DNA from: Bdellovibrionota bacterium
GTDB taxonomy: Bacteria; Bdellovibrionota; UBA1018; CAIPTA01; JAALKR01
DNA: 64,000 nt
Assembly (NCBI GenBank): GCA_965207455.1
Contig: CBDBMJ010000001.1
Span: 1,664,001 to 1,728,000, forward strand
Reading direction: 5' to 3'
Made by a program: the position numbers and the translations under genes. Below the pieces are notes generated by a model that was not told where the DNA came from, did not search any database, and saw nothing but the letters and a program-made list of their open reading frames with translations. Positions 1 to 11,000 of the stretch are shown here, in pieces. Within the stretch, counting starts at the first letter, position 1, and each line of letters begins with the position of its first letter.

Positions 1-1231
1 TGCGGACCATGGATTGCAGTACTTTGTGAGTGAAGGGGCCGACATTATTTTCACAGACATGCGTATGCCGGGAAAAAGTGGCCTAGATTTACTCCGAGCC
101 GTCCGTAAAAAAAGTACAACCGTCCCCGTAGTTATCCTCACTGCCTTTGGAACCATCGACAACGCCGTGAGTGCCATGAAACTTGGAGCTGTGGACTTTC
201 TAGCCAAGCCGCTCACTCGCAAGAGTATTTTGAAAGCAGTGGAAAACTGCTACCAACAAGTGCAAGCCAAACGCAACCCTCCCCGACAAGAAGAAATTTT
301 ACTGGGGAATTGCCAAGAAATTATCAACCTCAAGCGCACCATTCGCATGGTAGCTCCCACCCAAGCCTCTGTTGTGATTGAGGGAGAAAGTGGCACAGGA
401 AAAGAACTGGTGGCCAAGATTCTCCACCAAGAGAGCTCAATGAAAAAACCGATGGTGAGTATTAACTGTGCTGCCATACCAGAAAATCTTTTAGAGAGTG
501 AACTCTTTGGCTATGAAAGGGGGGCGTTTACGGGTGCCAACCAATCCAAGCCCGGTTTGTTTGAGCTGGCCCATAATAGCACTTTATTTTTTGACGAAAT
601 TGGAGAAATGCCCCTAAAGTTACAAACAAAACTTCTTCGGGTGCTTGAAGACGGTGCTTTCTTTCGCTTGGGTAGTGTGGAACCTTGTCAAACCAAGGTG
701 CGTATTGTGGCTGCCACCAATGCCAATATACAAGCTCTTATCGCTCAAAACGCTTTCCGCAAGGACCTATGGTATCGACTCAATGTAATTTGCTTAACCA
801 TACCTCCACTAAGAGATAGAGGAAACGATGTGCTTTTCCTAGCTGATCATTTTTTAAAAAGAACCGCAAAAAAATACAAACGAACGGATATTCATTTTTC
901 CGTCGACGCGATCAAAGTAATAAAAAGCTACCACTGGCCGGGGAATATACGCGAACTCTCCAATGCAGTGGAACGATCCGTGGTAATGACATCTGGAAAT
1001 AGCATTGAAGTGCCTGTGCTACGAATCTTACAAAGCACAAACTCATCCTACTTAAATGAACCCCTTACCATCCCCATGGGCACGAGCTTAAAAAGTATTG
1101 AATCCACTGTAATCCACAAAACCTTGGAAGCCATGGACGGAGATAAAAACCGAACCGCTAAAGCCCTTGGCGTAAACCTCCGAACCATATACCGCAAACT
1201 GCAAGAGAATCCTCCACAGGCAGATAATTGA
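1..1231 (+). CDS. Sigma-54-dependent response regulator (NtrC/AtoC family), 5' end outside the window
   Basis: Receiver remnant (IFTDMRMPG), AAA+ motifs GESGTGKE, GAFTGA and FFDEIGE, WPGNIREL, C-terminal Fis-type HTH. Confidence 0.95.
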   Translation, partial: ADHGLQYFVSEGADIIFTDMRMPGKSGLDLLRAVRKKSTTVPVVILTAFGTIDNAVSAMKLGAVDFLAKPLTRKSILKAVENCYQQVQAKRNPPRQEEILLGNCQEIINLKRTIRMVAPTQASVVIEGESGTGKELVAKILHQESSMKKPMVSINCAAIPENLLESELFGYERGAFTGANQSKPGLFELAHNSTLFFDEIGEMPLKLQTKLLRVLEDGAFFRLGSVEPCQTKVRIVAATNANIQALIAQNAFRKDLWYRLNVICLTIPPLRDRGNDVLFLADHFLKRTAKKYKRTDIHFSVDAIKVIKSYHWPGNIRELSNAVERSVVMTSGNSIEVPVLRILQSTNSSYLNEPLTIPMGTSLKSIESTVIHKTLEAMDGDKNRTAKALGVNLRTIYRKLQENPPQADN

Positions 1232-1267
1232 AGAGTTATTGTAATAAAAATTAAGCTTGGGTTAAAC

Positions 1268-1315
1268 AAAAAAAAAATGCCGATTTCGTCAGAGGGTGAC
1301 GAAATCGGCATTTTT
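1268..1315. terminator. Bidirectional rho-independent terminator
   Basis: Perfect stem AAAAATGCCGATTTCGTCA/TGACGAAATCGGCATTTTT with a 5-nt loop between two convergent genes. Confidence 0.9.
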
Positions 1316-1346
1316 CTATATACATTTGGTGTATAGAGAATTTTTT

Positions 1347-2255
1347 TTAGTTCTTCTCTTCGATGTATTGTAGAATAGCTGCTTCCAAGTTTTCTCTGCT
1401 GGTTGTGAAGCTTTTCGTTTTCATCACCTTATCAGCAATAGCAGCTGCAGTAAGAGCGAAATTGTTAGTAGCCATAGATTCCTTTATAGCACTTTCAATG
1501 TCGTTCATGTCCTCTTCACTACGAACGCCTACAGAAGCAAAGAATGCTCGTGTGTCTGCGCCTGTAAGACTAGTGTCAACTACTTTCTTATGGAATGTAG
1601 CTATGGTTAGGGCCATACTTTCTGAATCTTCTTGAGTCAAGCCAAGACTTCTCAACTTGTCTGAATATACAGCTACTGTCAGACTTCTTTCCATAGCGGC
1701 CATTCCAGCAAGATCCTTCGGAAAACTACCTCCAACTACATTGGCAGGTAGGTTATAGCAAAACCCAGCTGCAGTACAGTGTAGGTATTGGTCGATTGGG
1801 TAGCTGTGTGGCGGCGTCGGCGTGCCGTCGTACATTGGGTTATCCATTTTCGTAACTTCCGTTAAGGGTAAGAGACTTCTATCATTGTTGTCCCAAGCGT
1901 TTGTTCTAGCAGCATGGCCAGAAGTGGTTCTATTCAGAACATAGTATTGCCCACTTGCACTGTCCTGAAGAACTTGCTTCCACTTCCCAGCGGTAGCCCC
2001 CCGCCCGTTCAGTGCTTCCCAATAAGGTTGTCCTTCCGCATTTTTTGGATGCTGATAGCCCTCCTTACCTTCTACTGATTCTAGACCAACTGACATTAGC
2101 CAACTAGTGAATTCAGCACCTCTTTCACCTCCAGCAGTCCTAGGGCTACCACCACCGCCGTCGCCGCCAGAAGAACAGGCACCTAGTCCAATAATTAGAG
2201 CAAGTCCCCATAAGGTTGATGTTATTGTTTTTATTTTGTTATTATATGTTTTCAT
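1347..2255 (-). CDS. Hypothetical lipoprotein
   Basis: Signal peptide with lipobox LGAC, Gly-rich linker, SD AAGGAA upstream. Confidence 0.8.
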   Translation of the reverse strand: MKTYNNKIKTITSTLWGLALIIGLGACSSGGDGGGGSPRTAGGERGAEFTSWLMSVGLESVEGKEGYQHPKNAEGQPYWEALNGRGATAGKWKQVLQDSASGQYYVLNRTTSGHAARTNAWDNNDRSLLPLTEVTKMDNPMYDGTPTPPHSYPIDQYLHCTAAGFCYNLPANVVGGSFPKDLAGMAAMERSLTVAVYSDKLRSLGLTQEDSESMALTIATFHKKVVDTSLTGADTRAFFASVGVRSEEDMNDIESAIKESMATNNFALTAAAIADKVMKTKSFTTSRENLEAAILQYIEEKN

Positions 2256-2378
2256 TTCATTTCCTTTCGTTTTGTTAATGTTGTTGTTTTTGCTCCTCTA
2301 AATCTGCATTTCACAATGTGTCATTAAATCGGCTGCTTTGTTGTAAGTACCGCGTTGGGCTTCATGTGTCAACAAAAA

Positions 2379-2919
2379 AATGAATTTATTGCAATATTTC
2401 TTTATCTCCGAATTGACTCACAAAAAAAATCACCAAAATAGCTTTGAGAACAGTGAGTTACGGTTAATTGATTTATAGCGCAATTCCGGGAAATATAACT
2501 GCAAGATTAACAGACCAAAGAGGTACATTATGAACAAACAAGCCGTAACACAATATTTACTAACAATAGCGGATTCTTACTGCAATAGCCTCAAGAGAGA
2601 AAAAACGAGAATACTGGATGAGAGGTCATGAAGGTCACTGAACCGCAAGCAGCTTATCAGATGCCTGCAAAAGGGTTCAGAGAGTATCATAAGGGGACGG
2701 GGTTTCGGGAGGAGATTCCCCGTCCCCCAGAGGGCTTCTTAAGCCCTATATTCAAAAATTATGGAAGAGGATGGGCTGTCCCTGCGCTCTAATCATGCAG
2801 GCAAGTTTACCGTAAGAATGAGATTGCTTTGTGGAATAAAAGAACTCAATCCTTTTGTCCTGAAAAGCGAAATGGACAAAAAACTAGACCAGCTTTTTTT
2901 ATTATTGTAGCGGTCTAAG
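2379..2919 (+). pseudogene. Decayed, internally deleted copy of the rve-type IS at 11372-12677
   Basis: Colinear DNA similarity to ~11372-11806, a short piece near 12302-12340 and ~12595-12677; frameshifts and stops. Confidence 0.9.
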
Positions 2920-2972
2920 AATGGAAAGGTGGCACGGGTTCAATGCGACGCTCCTTGGTCTGCTTTCATTAT

Positions 2973-4709
2973 CCCGAGTTCGACGCATCATAGAGAATTT
3001 CACCCTGCTAATTTTTTTAAGTAGCTGAAATTATTTCAAATTTAATTTTTTTTCTGAAAAGTCGAATTGTAGTGCCTCAATCCATTGTAAGGCATGTTGG
3101 TACTGCACATAATGATGAAGAGTTAAAAGACCTCTTACATCTTGCTGCAACCATTAAATGTCGTATGGAGGAAGAAAAACAGCCCAGTCTACCCATATTC
3201 ACGCCAGAGCAATTGGTAGAGCGACATTCCTATAAAGAAACAGATAAGTCGATAAAAGTAGATTTAAAAAAGCTCAGGGAAGAGCAGCGATTTAATGAAG
3301 GAGTTCCAGAAGTATTTGGCGCTTTATATAAACAATTAAAGTTTGATTTTGTTTTTACAGGAAGATTTGCCGAAACAAATAATGCTATTTTAAAAAGCTG
3401 TGTTTTAGCGAGATTGGCAAATCCATCCAGCAAGCTGAGGACATCTGAACTCTTAGAGGAGGATTTTGGCGTAAAATTACCAGTAGAAAAGATTTACAGA
3501 ATGATGACTCAACTAAGTAAATCTGCAGGGCAGAGGCTCCGAGATTTAGTCAGGGAGTCCACGTTAGATTTATTACATCAAAAAGTTGATATTCTTCTAT
3601 TTGATGTAACTACTCTCTACTTTGAGAGCTTTACTCCTGATGATTTAAGGAATTTTGGATTTAGTAAGGATTGTAAGTTTAAGGAAACTCAGGTAGTGCT
3701 AGCACTTATCACAACACCCAAGGGGCTGCCTATTTCGTATGAGGTTTTTCCAGGTAACACGATGGAAATGAAAACATTGATTCCGTCTATTAAAAAATTA
3801 AAAGAGAAATACACGCTTAATGATATTGACTTTGCTGCAGACAGAGGGATGTTCTCTGATCAAAATTTGAGCGAACTCGAAAGAGAAAACCTGCGGTATG
3901 TTGTGGGGGCAAAGCTCAAAAATATGTCAAAAACAATGAAGGAGAATATTCTCCAAATTAATAAAAATAATGAAAATAATAGCTTTAAGACGACAGATCT
4001 GGACTATAAGGGACGGAGGCTTGTTATAAGCTACTGCCCCTTCAGGGCATCAAACGATCGCAAGGCACGAGAAAGACTTGTGGATAGAGTAAAAAAAATA
4101 GCTGATAAGGATGGCCAGATCGAGGTTAAAAAATTGGTTAAAAACAATGGGACTAATAAATTTTTAACATTTGAATCCAAAAGAAGTGCAGTGATCGATG
4201 ATAAAAAAATTAAATCTTCCGAGCAATGGGATGGAATAACAGGCTATATTACCAACTCCAAGCAATCAGCAGTAAGTGTTATTAAAAGGTATCGGTCCCT
4301 TTGGGAAATTGAAGAATCATTTAGAATAAATAAGCACGACTTAAAAGTCCGCCCAATCTATCACAGGATGCCGTATAGGATTGAGGCTCACCTTGATATA
4401 TGTTTTTTAACCTATGCCTTAGCTAGGCAATTGAGCTATCGCTATGAAGTGCAACAGGGGGAGAGAATAAGCTTCAACCGAATAAGAGATGAACTCCTGA
4501 GAGTCCAAGCATCAGTTCTTGTAGACACAGAAACGAAAAAAAGATATGTGGTTCCATCAAAAGCATCTCCAGCAGCAAAGAAATTATACCAAGTAATGGG
4601 CATGAAGCGTTCGCTTGTTCCCTATGAAATAGAGTAAACGTAGTGCCTCACGCCGCACTAAATCATCGCTCCCAGAGCTGCTCTTCAGCTTTGACGCGTC
4701 GAACTCAGG
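2973..4709 (+). mobile_element. IS1634-family insertion sequence
   Basis: 18-bp TIRs CCCGAGTTCGACGCATCA (2973-2990) and TGACGCGTCGAACTCAGG (4692-4709), 16/18 match; 30-bp direct repeats at 2943-2972 and 4710-4739. Confidence 0.92.
3072..4637 (+). CDS. IS1634-family DDE transposase, possibly N-terminally truncated
   Basis: FDVTTLYFES, GFSKD, AADRGM and LWEIEESFR..K.DL..RPIYH motifs. Confidence 0.92.
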   Translation: MPQSIVRHVGTAHNDEELKDLLHLAATIKCRMEEEKQPSLPIFTPEQLVERHSYKETDKSIKVDLKKLREEQRFNEGVPEVFGALYKQLKFDFVFTGRFAETNNAILKSCVLARLANPSSKLRTSELLEEDFGVKLPVEKIYRMMTQLSKSAGQRLRDLVRESTLDLLHQKVDILLFDVTTLYFESFTPDDLRNFGFSKDCKFKETQVVLALITTPKGLPISYEVFPGNTMEMKTLIPSIKKLKEKYTLNDIDFAADRGMFSDQNLSELERENLRYVVGAKLKNMSKTMKENILQINKNNENNSFKTTDLDYKGRRLVISYCPFRASNDRKARERLVDRVKKIADKDGQIEVKKLVKNNGTNKFLTFESKRSAVIDDKKIKSSEQWDGITGYITNSKQSAVSVIKRYRSLWEIEESFRINKHDLKVRPIYHRMPYRIEAHLDICFLTYALARQLSYRYEVQQGERISFNRIRDELLRVQASVLVDTETKKRYVVPSKASPAAKKLYQVMGMKRSLVPYEIE

Positions 4710-4755
4710 ATGCGACGCTCCTTGGTCTGCTTTCATTATGAGTTAATTACGATGT

Positions 4756-7700
4756 CTATCGAATAGGTAGAAATTTAAGGGTTTTTTTGCGATTCTCTGC
4801 GCAATAAAAGACAAAGGCCATGCTTTTTCCTTCCCATGATGCCGAATCTAAGGCAGAGCAGCCCTCTGGGATATGGAGGTTAAAGCGAGTGGGAGCATAT
4901 AGTTTACCATTTTTATCTATTGTTAAAAGGAATAGGTGCTTTTTGGTAATAGGAGAGTAATCTACCTCAAAAGCTGGGCGTAGTGGTTTATCTTTTCCTC
5001 CAAAGAAAGAGAGACTAATCGTTGAGTGGAAAAAGAAGCCGGGCAGAAGAGAGGATTTAACCAAAGGAAAACGGCTATAGACCGGCTCTTTTGAATCAGA
5101 GGCAGCTAGTAGAACAAGTCCATCTGTTTCCTCAAAGAGGCTATAGGTTGAGTTTTTAGAGGTAAATGTAGCAAGATGGGATTGAATTCTTCGCACTAGC
5201 AAATCTTCAGAGATTTTAAGGAGCTCACTACCTGGGCGCAATTTATAGTTGGAGTCCCAAACAGAGGTAAAGCCCAATTCTAAATTTTGGATTTGGTACA
5301 TTGCTAATGGCATGCCATATTTAAAATTTCTATCTGTAAATTCAATGACGGGTTCACCTGAAGATCCATAAGAGCATAAATCAGGAGAGACAGATTTGAT
5401 GTTTTCTACCGTCCGGTTTTGTAATCCATGATATCCTGTACTTAGTATATAGCAACCGTCTTTAATAACCCGAAATAATATATCTGTAGTTCCCGTATCA
5501 AAATCCTTACTAGGTTGTGGGAGTATTTGTAGAATCTTACCACTTCTGTAAAAATCTAGGTTTAGTTTTTCTTTAATATTTCTTTTAAATAATGCATTTT
5601 CAAAAGCATAAAAATTCATCCATCCATGCTTATTGGGGTCAAAGTCCAAATAATAAATTCGTTTTTGGTATTTTTCCGGCTCCTCGTTGGAGAAAATAGA
5701 ATTTGCTCTATCCGAATTTATTAATCTTCCTTTAGTATGAAATATAGGTAGGGCAATATGTCTGCCATTATCTAATTCTTTTTTATAAAAAGAGAAAAAC
5801 TCATAAGGAGATTCTACGTTGACAGGTGAACTATAGGTTTGTTGGTTTAGCAAGGGTGAGAAGTCATGTTTCACAAAGCTATACTGTACAGATTTTATTA
5901 CCTTATTGCGATTTCCAGCTTCCACCCTCTCTGGATGAGCGGAAATTACAAGGTAATCGAGCTTACCGTCATAGTTTAAATCTATGCGCATGATTCTAAT
6001 AAGCAAAGATGCATTAGGAATTTCAATAGTATTTGCTCTTTTTATTTTATTATCCAATAATCGAAAAACATGAATTTTTAAATATTTTTCATTTTCCCTT
6101 AAAGGTTCTTCAATCATGTATTCAGGTTTCGTATTGATATCACCTAAATGGGCATGAATGGTTTTTGGACTCACATCTCTCATATCTTCTCTTGTTTCCC
6201 ATTCGGTTGGGTATACAAGCGGAAAGGAAATCAGACTGGTGTCCTTTTCTATATTTCGAGATATATCCACTCGATGGGAAAAACTCCCTTGCGATTTACC
6301 GTTTGCCCATAGAGAGACGTCAAAAGAAAAGTGACTTCCTTCATCTATTTTTTTAATATTCACAGAAACAGGGAAGGAGAATTCCTGAGACTCTGGATTG
6401 GAAAAATTAAATTCTTTTTGAGTGAATGTATAGTTAGGTGTATGGCTTTTTAGTCTCACTCGAATATTTTTTGCTTTTTTCCATAGGCTTTTTATTTTTA
6501 TATTCAATGGAGACGTTTTTATCGTATGACTGTTTTCCATAAAAAAGCGTAATGTGCCCAGCCCCTTAAAGTCTGGACGAACCACCACTTGTTCTTCTGC
6601 CTCTACTGCCTGCCATATTCTCGGTGTTCCATCTAAGACAGGCTTATTGCCTACTCGCTTATGGGCCGAGACAATTAAACGAGCTCGCAGTTCATTGCTT
6701 GAAATATCTGGATAAATACTTTTCAGTATGCCTGCCATACCTGAAATAATGGCTGTGGCTTGAGAGGTTCCAGAAAGGATATTATAGTTATTTTGTACAT
6801 GGAAGAATCGAGTACTAAAAGAACTCTTTGGATAGGTGCTTAAAATTTCCACACCAGGGGCAGTGAAATCCACATGTCCGCCGTAGTTGGAAAATTTAGC
6901 AACAGCACCAGTTATGGATGTGGCTCCCACACAAATCACACTATCGTATGCGCAGGGAAATATTTGAGTATCATGAGCACTGTTGCCAGCAGCTGCTACA
7001 ATAGTAATGCCCTTCTCAACTACTTCTGCAAAAGTTTTTTGCAGAATTTTGGATTCCAGAACAGCGGGCCACCCAAAACTAAGATTGATTATATCCACGT
7101 TACGATGAATAGCATAGTACATGGCTTGAATAAACCGGTCGGTAAGTAGTACTTTCTCTTTGTTTTCTTTGCTGTCAATAGGAGAGCTGTATTGAAAGAC
7201 TTTAATGGGAAGTATTTTAATTTTACTTGAAATTCCAGCGATGCCTTCATTATTATTTATTTGAGCTGCAATAATTCCGGCTAGGTGAGTTCCATGACCG
7301 CTGCTATCGGAAACATCATTTTTTCCCCCCACCCCTTTATAAACAAAATTCCAGCCCATGCAATCACCAGGATAATCTTTGCCATATTTTTCAGGTTTAG
7401 GATTTGCAGGAATACTTCCATCACTGGTGCATTCATCCTTCTTTTTTAAAATCGAATTCTTCAAATCCGGGTGATTTACATCTATCCCACCATCTACTAC
7501 AGCAACAATAACCTCTCTTTTACTAAGTGCTTCCAATTTTTTCATTTGCTTCCACCAATCACCTAGGCTTGAACTTGAAGATATACCCACATCCTCTGGA
7601 TCTTCGCATTGAAAGGTATTTTTTAATTTACAGCTTTCTGTATAAAGATTGATGTCGTCAATGTCCCGGTCGAGTGTCTGACCTATATTTTTAAGGTACC

Positions 7701-8082
7701 ATTGATAACCAAAAAAAGGGTCAGATACAGGATATTTCAAATTTTGTATGGGATTAATAGTAGAAATTTTTATAGGCAATTTAATATTAAGATCGACCAG
7801 CTCTACATCACTTAAGCTTTCTAGCTTTTTTATGTCAGCCTCATTGTTAGATTTCAAATGAAGTGCAGCTATTCGACTAAAGTAAGTGTTAGGGGAAGCA
7901 TGAGGTATCAGTTTTTTCACACTTTTTACAAATGGAAGCTCTTGAATTTTTAATAGGGTTTTATTAGATGGAGTGGAACGAAATAAAACGATATGGCTTG
8001 GAGGAACGGGTGCCGTAGTGGCTAGACTCAATTGAGCACAGCAAAAAAAAGTAACTATGAAAAAAATATTTCTCATTATCAT
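4756..8082 (-). CDS. Secreted S8 (subtilisin-like) serine protease with a long C-terminal extension
   Basis: Triad motifs VVDGGID, HGTHLAGII and SGTSQAT, oxyanion AAGN, signal peptide; ATG at 8082 overlaps the upstream stop (ATGA). Confidence 0.93.
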   Translation of the reverse strand: MIMRNIFFIVTFFCCAQLSLATTAPVPPSHIVLFRSTPSNKTLLKIQELPFVKSVKKLIPHASPNTYFSRIAALHLKSNNEADIKKLESLSDVELVDLNIKLPIKISTINPIQNLKYPVSDPFFGYQWYLKNIGQTLDRDIDDINLYTESCKLKNTFQCEDPEDVGISSSSSLGDWWKQMKKLEALSKREVIVAVVDGGIDVNHPDLKNSILKKKDECTSDGSIPANPKPEKYGKDYPGDCMGWNFVYKGVGGKNDVSDSSGHGTHLAGIIAAQINNNEGIAGISSKIKILPIKVFQYSSPIDSKENKEKVLLTDRFIQAMYYAIHRNVDIINLSFGWPAVLESKILQKTFAEVVEKGITIVAAAGNSAHDTQIFPCAYDSVICVGATSITGAVAKFSNYGGHVDFTAPGVEILSTYPKSSFSTRFFHVQNNYNILSGTSQATAIISGMAGILKSIYPDISSNELRARLIVSAHKRVGNKPVLDGTPRIWQAVEAEEQVVVRPDFKGLGTLRFFMENSHTIKTSPLNIKIKSLWKKAKNIRVRLKSHTPNYTFTQKEFNFSNPESQEFSFPVSVNIKKIDEGSHFSFDVSLWANGKSQGSFSHRVDISRNIEKDTSLISFPLVYPTEWETREDMRDVSPKTIHAHLGDINTKPEYMIEEPLRENEKYLKIHVFRLLDNKIKRANTIEIPNASLLIRIMRIDLNYDGKLDYLVISAHPERVEAGNRNKVIKSVQYSFVKHDFSPLLNQQTYSSPVNVESPYEFFSFYKKELDNGRHIALPIFHTKGRLINSDRANSIFSNEEPEKYQKRIYYLDFDPNKHGWMNFYAFENALFKRNIKEKLNLDFYRSGKILQILPQPSKDFDTGTTDILFRVIKDGCYILSTGYHGLQNRTVENIKSVSPDLCSYGSSGEPVIEFTDRNFKYGMPLAMYQIQNLELGFTSVWDSNYKLRPGSELLKISEDLLVRRIQSHLATFTSKNSTYSLFEETDGLVLLAASDSKEPVYSRFPLVKSSLLPGFFFHSTISLSFFGGKDKPLRPAFEVDYSPITKKHLFLLTIDKNGKLYAPTRFNLHIPEGCSALDSASWEGKSMAFVFYCAENRKKTLKFLPIR

Positions 8083-11000
8083 AAAAACTCCAATAACCAA
8101 AGAGCAAAGAACTCTCCATGAGACATTTTTGATGCTTGTAATAGAAAATTAGAAGGACCTTGTACCATTTTGGAAGAAACACGACCTCTACTATTACCTA
8201 AAATAGACTCGTATGCAGATTCATCTCCCTCTCGAAAACCTGTAATCCTGGGTTGGACATAAATATTTTCCATCCCTCCTGCAAAAGCAGCAAGCCCATC
8301 TAGATTCGTATGTCCTGATAGAAAATCGATTGTCTTGAGGGCATAATTGGCAGCGGCCTCAGCGTCTCCAGATTTTACGCTACGCTGGTACTTAGCTTTC
8401 ATATATTGAAGCTTTCTTAAAGGATTGACTCTACGAGTAATCATATCTGCTGCTGGGTTGGTTATTCTGCAATCATATTGAACGCTATTCCAACATTTTC
8501 CGTGTTTTTTGAATAGGCGCCTTAAATCTTTCTTGGGCATGTTCATAATATTTAGGATAGATTTTTCATAAAGATTTACATTAACAACGAAGCTGTACAA
8601 TTGTATATTTTCCACGTCATTGAATCTCTTTAGGTCAAAAACGTCATAAGAGAATTGCTTATTAATATTTTTGATTCTTTTCAATATATCCTTCTTATCT
8701 GTTTCCCATCCTCTCCATCGGTGTTCCAACCTCACATAAGGATTTTCTAAAAAATTTTTACCACTGTGTTCTTCGTTGACAATTGCCTCCAAAACACTTG
8801 TATGGGTTTGGGAGCTTCCATAGAGGGTATTTCCCGGGTCGCCATTATTTTGGATTTTTAATGAAATATCTGATTTCAGCCATTTGTTTAAGATGCTGCT
8901 AAGTGCATTAATTGCCATAGTGCTGGGATCTTTACCTACACGCCCTCCCATGTTTGCTCGTATGATCTTCCCTTTTTGACCGTTTGGTCTTTCCACATCT
9001 ATCAATGCTTGATTCCTGAGTTTTTTAGAGGTGAAATATAGAAAATTAAAAGAACTCACCGTTTCAGATACTTTGTGTCGAATCTTCCAAGGGTTTTGCC
9101 AAGTACGGAGTAACTCTAAAGACCCATTAAAAAGAATGGCACGTAGAGCATGGATATTCTCCATGACTTTTTTATTCTTCTTCATTTCTGGTTCAATATT
9201 TAATTTATAGTGATCTATGGACGCAGTACCATAAGGCATTTTACGGACATTAAATTGAAGGATACTCACATCAAGAGCCTTAATACCGAATCCAAAACTG
9301 AATTTTAAAGCATTTCCGGTGTCATCGTAAATATGGATTGAGTTTTTGCTCTCTTTATAAATATGAAGACGGGAAATAATAGTCTCTGTGGCTCGTACTT
9401 CCGCATAAATTCTAAGTAAGTTTCCCGGGGAATACGAGGGGTTTAATCTAGCATAAGCGCCAAATCGGTCAGAAATAATAAAAGATTCTCCGCTCTTCAT
9501 ATTTTTATGGAAAAGAGACATCGCCTTCTTAATTTTCTTTTGTTTTTCCTCATCTTCTACTTCGTCAAAATTCCCGTCTAGGAGGTCGTCAAATATCTCA
9601 GCATACTTATCCTTAACCATGGGTACGAATAGGTTTTTAAAAGGACTTTTCATAGCTTGCTTAACACTGGTGACAGGAGTTAAATGAGTATATACTTTGG
9701 AATAAAATCCGTTCGCTCCAGCACTTAAACTCATGTTTTTTGGTAAATCCCCGTAGGCTCCCATAAAAACCCCAGCCTCTAGGGCAACACCAATTGAATC
9801 GGCTAACTGAATACGATTATTGGTACCTAAATATTGTCCCACCACTATATTTCTAGAGGCAATGATATTGGCAGAATAATAAGGAGTGGACCAGGTGCTG
9901 AAAGGAATTTCTTTGGCTTCTCCTGTCTTTATACTTTCAATTAAAGTATCAAAAAATTTATTATTGAAAGATTCCTGACCTTTCGCTAAAACATTTGCAG
10001 GGGGGAGTAAGGTTTCATTTATTTCTAGCATAAGTGCTGAAAGGGCATTACTAATAACCTCTGATGTGAAATAAGCTCTAATCTCACTTTTGGATAGGGG
10101 AGATTCAGGATCACCAAATGCAAAACGACTGCCATATCCTTCCCAATTTTCCTGCATTAATTTTCCATTCTTTAAGTTTTTTCCTAAACTAATTTTTGGA
10201 GAAAAAGGTATAACTTTTTGTTTAACAAAAGATTGGAGTTCTAATTTTTTTATCAGGTCGTTACGACGGGAAATAATTTTTTCCACCAGAACAGTACTTA
10301 CCTCTTCAGGAAGATGGGCTGCTTGAACAATCTCCTCAAAATCCTTCCTTGTAAGCTTAGCAACTCTCAGTGCCATCCAATGAACATCAGCTAGGTCTGG
10401 CTTTAGACCATTTCTTGCTATTGAATAGGGTAAATGCAAATGACCATCTACAGTTTTCCCCAAGTTCCAGGAAAAAAGATTCACACTCTCAGGTACATCC
10501 GTAAGTGCATAGGGCACTTTGAGAGAACGAAAAATTCTTCGCCCCCGGTCTATACGAGAAACATTCATTCCTATGGCAAGATTATATTGCGAACTCTGCG
10601 CCATGATAATTCCATCTTGCATTTCTAAATAAGTAGCATCTTCTTTCACTTTCCAATACGTTGTGGTTTCTCCTGTAGATATATTTTCTGTATTACCTTG
10701 CTCAATATTTTTAATCCAACGATTTGGAGTTCCCAGTGTATCCTGAGGTACTTTTGTTCCTATATAGTCTGCCAGTATAAAGCGATTTCTCCCAAAGTTC
10801 ACACGAAAGGATTTCAGGTATGCTATGGGGGGAACGCTATAGCCCAACTTCCTTAAAATTGCCATTCGAAGTAAAATACTATGAACTTTCTTCCCCAAGA
10901 AAATAGTAAATATTTTTTCTGAACCATTTGGCTGAAATTGTTTTACGGAGAGTTGATGGAAATCGGGAGGACTGGGATCAACCGCTTTTAAATAGGTGAA

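Noticed and set aside
2929..2947. TGGCAC as a possible sigma-54 promoter near the NtrC gene
   Set aside because: No TTGC at the required -12 spacing, and it lies within IS debris
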